NCBI GenBank assembly: GCA_964621445.1
Contig: CAZUNO010000013.1
Span: 16,257-80,256, forward strand
Length of the DNA: 64,000 nt
Source of the DNA: Candidatus Hadarchaeota archaeon
GTDB taxonomy: Archaea; CAYQAE01; CAYVLA01
Direction: 5' to 3'
The notes under the pieces: model-generated
Databases searched by the model: none
What the model saw: only the letters and a program-made list of their open reading frames with translations
Told to the model about the DNA's origin: nothing
Shown here: one piece after another, positions 59,007 to 64,000 of the stretch
Position numbering within the stretch: position 1 is the first letter of the stretch
How the letters are laid out: every line of letters starts with the position of its first letter
Made by a program: the position numbers and the translations under genes

Positions 59007-60299
59007 TCAATTTTCATACACTGCTATCTTGTTGCCGTCATCGAAGAAGGTGATTCGGGTACCTGGATCATCACCGATCCAGCGGTCAATGCACCGTTGA
59101 GGGTCATCGACCTTTCCCAGGTGGGCTCTCCGCAGGATCTCCCCGTCAAGAGCGGTGTATAATTCAATGGATTCAAGGCGCTGCAACATTCTAGCGAACT
59201 TATAGGCCTTGTGGCTATATAGCTGATATTCACCCTCAATTGATTTCAGCACATCCTCAATTGGTTCCGTTAATCGATCATAGAAATTCTGCCTGGCCTT
59301 CATGTTGGGTGCTATTCCATTCTCGCATTCCGACAGTAGAAGTACGCTCCCTGAATCCAATATGCAGTTCTTGGTCAATTCCAATGCCCTCTGGGCATTA
59401 TAAAGGCTGTCATCCTGTGGATATCCCCCCGGAGAGACAACGATGTGCCTACGGGGCTCCGCCTTGAAGGATGCTATCCGGTCAACAACCGAGATTCCAG
59501 CCCGGGTCACCTCATCGATACCTCCCGCCGAGGACCAAACCACGCCGTCATGGCTAGTGACCATGCCCAAGGTGAAAACCATCTTTTCCTTTGTGATCAT
59601 CCTCTCCGCCTCCAACATATCCGAGGCCAACGGATTGTCCCTTCTCTCGGCATCCGGGTGAAGGGGGTGAACTCCAAACGTTGAACGGGGGTCCAGAGCC
59701 ATGGAATGATTTGCCTCGATGGAACTGTAGCTGCATATTCCAGGAAGAAAGTCCTTGAGCGCGTTGGAATACCCCGCAAAGTAGTGATTCTTCATGTCAG
59801 CTGCTACAACATAGAGATCCGCCTCCAGGGCTACGGGATTAACCTCCACCGGGGTTCCCCTACTGGTTTCGCCCAAAAGCTCAAAATCGTTGGCCATGGC
59901 GTCATTAATACATAGCTCCGACAGGGAAACATCATTTAATTCGGCTAATCGCTCGATATCCGCCACGATCCTCCTGTTCCCCGGAGTCTGGGTATCATGG
60001 GACCCCGCAGCAACCAGGAAATTAACCTGTCTGGCACTGGACAGTCGACTGGTGAGTGCCGATATTATCTGGGCGTGTGGTTCAGCCCTGGTGTCGTCCT
60101 CTACCAGTACAACGACATCCAATCCATTACAGATATCCTCGAGTTTGCCTGTCCTGGAATTTTCGAGCGAACGTTCAAATGAGGTATGGGGTTCCTGGAC
60201 CTCCGACCCGGTCGGCTTCATTAACCCTCCAAAATTTTCCCGGGGTATCTCGAGATCAAGAGTCCCCCTTCCGTATTGAAGATTTACCTCCAAAAGCAA
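59007..60299 (-). CDS. Lactate racemase (LarA) family nickel-pincer enzyme
   Basis: DDTR, A.GSH, TSRGTPV, HYFAGYS..LK..LPG, GGYPQD..LY.AQRAL and EC..G. Confidence 0.85.
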   Translation of the reverse strand: MLLEVNLQYGRGTLDLEIPRENFGGLMKPTGSEVQEPHTSFERSLENSRTGKLEDICNGLDVVVLVEDDTRAEPHAQIISALTSRLSSARQVNFLVAAGSHDTQTPGNRRIVADIERLAELNDVSLSELCINDAMANDFELLGETSRGTPVEVNPVALEADLYVVAADMKNHYFAGYSNALKDFLPGICSYSSIEANHSMALDPRSTFGVHPLHPDAERRDNPLASDMLEAERMITKEKMVFTLGMVTSHDGVVWSSAGGIDEVTRAGISVVDRIASFKAEPRRHIVVSPGGYPQDDSLYNAQRALELTKNCILDSGSVLLLSECENGIAPNMKARQNFYDRLTEPIEDVLKSIEGEYQLYSHKAYKFARMLQRLESIELYTALDGEILRRAHLGKVDDPQRCIDRWIGDDPGTRITFFDDGNKIAVYEN

Positions 60300-60334
60300 A
60301 GATCTCCTATATTCTACTGCAGGATACTCCCTTT

Positions 60335-61633
60335 TTAAGGACTCCTTTTTTGACCTCTGGTCGTTGAAACCTCCCTAAAGGCCCTTCTTCGCACCATGAA
60401 GCTCCACAGAACGAACCCACAGATGAGGGTTGTTGAGGTAACCACGAGCCATTGAGTCACGTAGATCCATAGAAAGGTCCTGTCCTTGAGCTTCATTGCC
60501 TCCTCATTTACGGAATCGAGTTTTTCAAGGGCGATATCGATTTCCTCCTCCGCCCCTTCAAGGTCATTCCTCACGTACATTTCCTTGGACCTCTCCACGA
60601 ATCGATCGATTTCCCTTATGCTGGACTCCAATCCTGAGGTCTTTCCCCCGAACTTGGAGACGAAATCTATGATCGAGAAAGCCATGCTCCTCAATTCCTC
60701 ATAATTTCCATAGCTGACTCTCAGGTTGTGGAAAGCGGAAATGTCCTTTATGGGTTCCCTTCCAGTCGCGTACCTGATCCAGTTCACCAGAACATCCAGA
60801 CCATAGGGATTATCGCTGACATCATAGCCCTCACCTGGCATTTTCCAGCCCCACCACCCCATCCTCATGTTATCGCTCAGCGACCAGGTAATTCCCTTTC
60901 CGTACTCCCAGGAAATCAAGTAGGGCGTTTCGTGTGCCACATTCGGATGTGCTCCAACGGCCCACATCCATGTAAAAGCGCCCTGTCTCTTGAACATCAG
61001 GTATCCGCCACCCTTGGAGTACTTCTCCAAGCCCAAATCCAGAAAAGGGGTAAAAACCGGAGGGGCATCACGGTTAATCCTCACCTGAAAATTGCCGGAG
61101 TAGGCCATGCCGATTGCCGAACTCAGCTTCTCGCTATCGAGGCCGCCGCCGTATTCGACAACCTTCATTCCGTCCACCGGGAAGCACTGGGAGAGCTCCG
61201 ACAATACGAAGGGCAGAAACACAAAACGATGCTTGCTGAGGACACTGGCCATGGTTGTAGCACTCACCTCTCCTTCCTCTATTGCCTTTTGTACCCACCG
61301 TACACCATCGTCCCCGAAATAGGATATAACGGGCCCGTCGAGGATTAGAAAGTCGAACTCGGTGAGTCGGCTATAGCTTCGGGGAAAGTACATCCTGACC
61401 GATCGCCTTATCCTCTCCCCGAATTGGGCAGTCCATTCCCCGCTGAAAAAACGAGCCGGAACATAATGCCCTGTGATCCCGGGCTCAATTTTGAACCAGC
61501 TAATATATGGGGCCATGTCGCTTCCAACTGCCCCCAGGCACATCACCCTGATCGGAGGGGGTTCGGCCCAGCAAAGCACCGGATGAATTACCAGGGTAAT
61601 AATCAACGCCATTGCCAGGACATCATATCTCAT
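60335..61633 (-). CDS. Secreted GATase-like domain protein with helical stalk and C-terminal TM, paralog family C (copy 2)
   Basis: Signal peptide, RSVRMYFPRS, WEYGKG and FVSKFGG, ending WIYVTQW..TM..VRRRAFREVSTTR. Confidence 0.72.
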   Translation of the reverse strand: MRYDVLAMALIITLVIHPVLCWAEPPPIRVMCLGAVGSDMAPYISWFKIEPGITGHYVPARFFSGEWTAQFGERIRRSVRMYFPRSYSRLTEFDFLILDGPVISYFGDDGVRWVQKAIEEGEVSATTMASVLSKHRFVFLPFVLSELSQCFPVDGMKVVEYGGGLDSEKLSSAIGMAYSGNFQVRINRDAPPVFTPFLDLGLEKYSKGGGYLMFKRQGAFTWMWAVGAHPNVAHETPYLISWEYGKGITWSLSDNMRMGWWGWKMPGEGYDVSDNPYGLDVLVNWIRYATGREPIKDISAFHNLRVSYGNYEELRSMAFSIIDFVSKFGGKTSGLESSIREIDRFVERSKEMYVRNDLEGAEEEIDIALEKLDSVNEEAMKLKDRTFLWIYVTQWLVVTSTTLICGFVLWSFMVRRRAFREVSTTRGQKRSP

Positions 61634-61955
61634 TTCCCCTATCCCCGCTCCTCTCCCAGTATTAATTTCTAATTGCCGCGTCATCTCGACATTATCAATA
61701 TCCTGGTATCAAGAGGGAAAGCTTCCGCCTGCATAGCGGAACCCTTATTATCGACCTTTCCGGTTAGCAAATATTCAGCATCTTTCCAATCGCAAATTCA
61801 ACTCTTTAACACCGTTCGCCATGTTGGATCGAAAATTATGATGCGGTACCAAAATAAACCATCAAGCTCACCTGCAATAGCGCTTTTCCATCGCCAGCTT
61901 TCCAATTTCAGAGAGCCAAAAAGTCATGGACCAGTCCACAAATATGAATTGGAAA

Positions 61956-62609
61956 TTAATGGATATCCAGGGTGAGGCCGACGCCGCCCTTCATGGAGGA
62001 ATTCGGAAAACGGGTTAGGATCTCCTGTTTATGAACCGTGCAGTGGGTGGGAATTATGAGATCAAGACCCTCCAGAGCATCGTACTCCTCGAATTCGTGC
62101 ATGCCGCCAACAATTCCCCAGGGATCTCCAAAGGCGGATGCCGCCTCAAGGATCCGGGGTACACTGGGATGCGAGCAGCCGACAAGGACAAGAAGACCCT
62201 TTTTCGTCTCGATTACCAGCGACTGCTCCCTCGTTTCACTCCCCAACTCACCGGTTGTCCAAATTCCATCCCGTATACCCTGAGGTTCTTCAACCTCATG
62301 GATATCGAATCGGCAGGTTAGCTCCTTCTTCAAGTGGTTTGAGAATGACTTAGGTATCCACATCTCCCGATCCCTTATCTGAAGATGGCTGATTCCGCCG
62401 GCATGGTCCCAGTGAGAATGTGATAGCACCAGAAGGGTTATTTCCTCGGGGTTCTCCCCCATTTTCCTCATATTGGAAAGCAGGACACCGCCGTCCCAAC
62501 CGGTGTCAAATAAAATCTTCTCGTCTGGCATGGTTACCAGGGATGAGAAGCCCCACCCTCTTTTCAAACCCTCCCTTGCCTCGTTATCATACAGTATCTT
62601 CAGGTTCAA
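61956..62609 (-). CDS. MBL-fold metallo-hydrolase (COG1237-like)
   Basis: ILYDN, WGFS, LFDTG, SHSHWDHAGG, GCSHP, GGMH and PTHCT. Confidence 0.88.
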   Translation of the reverse strand: MNLKILYDNEAREGLKRGWGFSSLVTMPDEKILFDTGWDGGVLLSNMRKMGENPEEITLLVLSHSHWDHAGGISHLQIRDREMWIPKSFSNHLKKELTCRFDIHEVEEPQGIRDGIWTTGELGSETREQSLVIETKKGLLVLVGCSHPSVPRILEAASAFGDPWGIVGGMHEFEEYDALEGLDLIIPTHCTVHKQEILTRFPNSSMKGGVGLTLDIH

Positions 62610-62721
62610 ACTGCCACCAACTGGAAGTTGGAGATATACCAAATTCCATTTCTCACACACTTAAGTGTGCCTATGCACGTTATATGCCAAAAGCCTGCTA
62701 ATAAAACCCAGGGTCTACACC

Positions 62722-63507
62722 ATGATGAGCGTGTTATTGGCCTGCTTGGCCGTTATCCCACTAGCAGTAATCATGTCCATGGTTGGTAAGGGTGGAGGCA
62801 ACTTCTACGTGACCCTGCTTTTACTTGTAGGCATCTCCATCCACCAGGCGGCCACCTCGGCTCAATTCATGTTGATGACTACCTCCGCGGCTGCATTTCT
62901 GATTTACCAGAAAAACAAAACCGTGGACTGGAAGCTGGCCCTGGTGATAGATCCACCCACTGACATAATGGCATTTGTTGGCGGCTATTATGCCCATAAG
63001 GTTGGTGGCACGGAAATCAAGATTATTCTGGTATTTTTATTGGCAATATCGGGCTTCTTCATGCTACGACGCGTTAATTACAGGAAGAAAGATGAGGGGA
63101 AATTCGGGTATTGGTCCAGGAAATACGGTGAGCATGAATATACGGTCAATTTATGACTCGCCCTGCCGGTAACTACAGCTACTGGTTTCGTGGCTGGGAT
63201 GGTGGGAATATCCGGAGGTTCATTCAAAATCCCGCTCCTGGTTCTTGCATGCGGGGTCCCCATGCGCATAGCCGTTGGTACATCCTCTGCCATGGTTGCT
63301 GCGACAGCGCTTACCGGCTTCCTGGGACACACCATGGGTGTCGATCTAGATCTCAGCTTGGTCCTGCCGTTGGGCCTGGCCGCCCTTGTTGGTGGCCTTC
63401 TTGGTAGTCGATTCTCATTGGAGACCGACCCAAGAAGACTTAAGCAGATTTTTGCATATACGACATTGGCAGCCGCCATTCTCATCGCTTTTAAGACCCT
63501 TATCTAG
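62722..63507 (+). pseudogene. Sulfite exporter TauE/SafE family protein interrupted by in-frame TGA
   Basis: ORFs 62665..63156 and 63190..63507 are in the same frame and separated by one TGA (63154-63156). MVGKGGG and MVGISGG are the two TauE repeats. Confidence 0.75.
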
Positions 63508-63532
63508 TCACCCGAGAGTTTTCATGAATTGT

Positions 63533-63548
63533 GGGAAAATATTTAACT
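63533..63548 (+). promoter_or_regulatory. BRE/TATA-like promoter of the tRNA pair
   Basis: GGGAAAATATTTAACT lies about 30 nt upstream of the tRNA-Asn 5' end. Confidence 0.55.
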
Positions 63549-63576
63549 GACGTGGAAGAGGCATATATCTCGTGGT

Positions 63577-63765
63577 GCCGCCGTAGCTCAGTAGGTAGAG
63601 GGGTTCCAAGCTGGAACCCGCCTGAAGCGCATGGCTGTTACTCGGTTTCCATTTGGAGCCAAGCAGACACCATGTGGTCACGTGGGCAGGGTTTCCTTCC
63701 CACGCCACAAGCAGGTTCGAGCCCTACCGTTGGAGCGCTGTCTCGGCGGGGCTAAGCCGGCGGCG
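63577..63765 (+). tRNA. tRNA-Asn(GTT) with four introns (63599-63625, 63641-63668, 63680-63710, 63726-63755)
   Basis: The spliced exons give the 73-nt cloverleaf GCCGCCG TA GCTC AGTAGGTA GAGC G CATGG CTGTTAA CCATG TGGTC GCAGG TTCGAGC CCTGC CGGCGGC G. Each intron has BHB/BHL geometry. Confidence 0.93.
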
Positions 63766-63777
63766 CCTTTCGAGAAA

Positions 63778-63872
63778 GGGCCCGTAGCTTAGTTGGTAGA
63801 GCGCCAGGCTCATAACCTGGACGGTGCGATGCACCGGGGGAATGGTCTAGGGTTCAAGTCCCTGCGGGCCCA
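63778..63872 (+). tRNA. tRNA with CAT anticodon, probably tRNA-Ile2, with non-canonical intron (about 63821-63842, position 43/44)
   Basis: GGGCCCG TA GCTT AGTTGGTA GAGC G CCAGG CTCATAA CCTGG [intron] TGGTC TAGGG TTCAAGT CCCTG CGGGCCC A. The GGGCCCG acceptor stem is Ile-type. Confidence 0.88.
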
Positions 63873-64000
63873 CACTATCCTTAATTCAATAAAATATCAC
63901 CGGGCGTAACTCAGGATAAAAATGGGGAACTAGGGCCATACCCTACCTCTTCATTATAGAAGAAATCTGAATGGGAAGATCTTTAATAAACCTCCTAAAG

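Noticed and set aside
61673-61975. 100-aa ORF in the gap between family C and the MBL gene
   Set aside because: It has no recognisable motifs, overlaps the ends of both neighbouring ORFs and lies over the probable promoter region of the 60335 gene.
63154-63156. Selenocysteine or alternative-code reading of the tauE TGA
   Set aside because: The context fits Trp at a membrane boundary rather than a catalytic Cys. I saw no SECIS-like element, and TGA terminates many other genes here.
63531-63755. 74-aa ORF and neighbouring short ORFs
   Set aside because: They overlap the intron-containing tRNA-Asn gene and show no protein features.
1-64000. CRISPR arrays, IS elements, integrases, rRNA; numerous antisense ORFs in the track
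   Set aside because: I saw no regularly spaced repeats, transposase/integrase motifs or rRNA-like sequence. The antisense ORFs are shadows of well-supported genes.

Overview
This is a gene-dense archaeal chromosomal segment. The archaeal signals are Cdc6/Orc1, RadA, TATA-type promoters, GAGGTGA ribosome-binding sites and BHB-intron tRNAs; TACK/Thermoproteota affinity is inferred, not proven. Housekeeping genes include prs, hisG, mtnA, cdc6, radA, a leuCDB/hac-type cluster, trkAH, an Endo IV-like nuclease and UDG. A large carbohydrate/sulfate-ester toolkit is present: GH123-like and GH9 proteins, a 1.2-kaa PEP-tailed surface protein, an anaerobic sulfatase maturase, two sulfatase-fold enzymes, five Gfo/Idh/MocA oxidoreductases, FucK, LarA and two URO-D/MtaA-family proteins. 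The most notable items are: (1) a tRNA-Asn(GTT) gene split by four BHB/BHL introns (22/23, 37/38, 48/49, 63/64), followed by a tRNA-Ile2(CAT) with a 43/44 intron; (2) a two-gene membrane-anchored surface module of unknown function repeated four times; (3) a CysRS paralog with altered zinc/cysteine site and no anticodon-binding domain; (4) a ~300-bp tract with almost only A/C at synonymous positions. Three genes look damaged: an in-frame TGA in tauE, an internally deleted SOUL gene, and an ACG start codon. I saw no CRISPR array, transposase or integrase. All protein calls come from motif recognition, not database searches.
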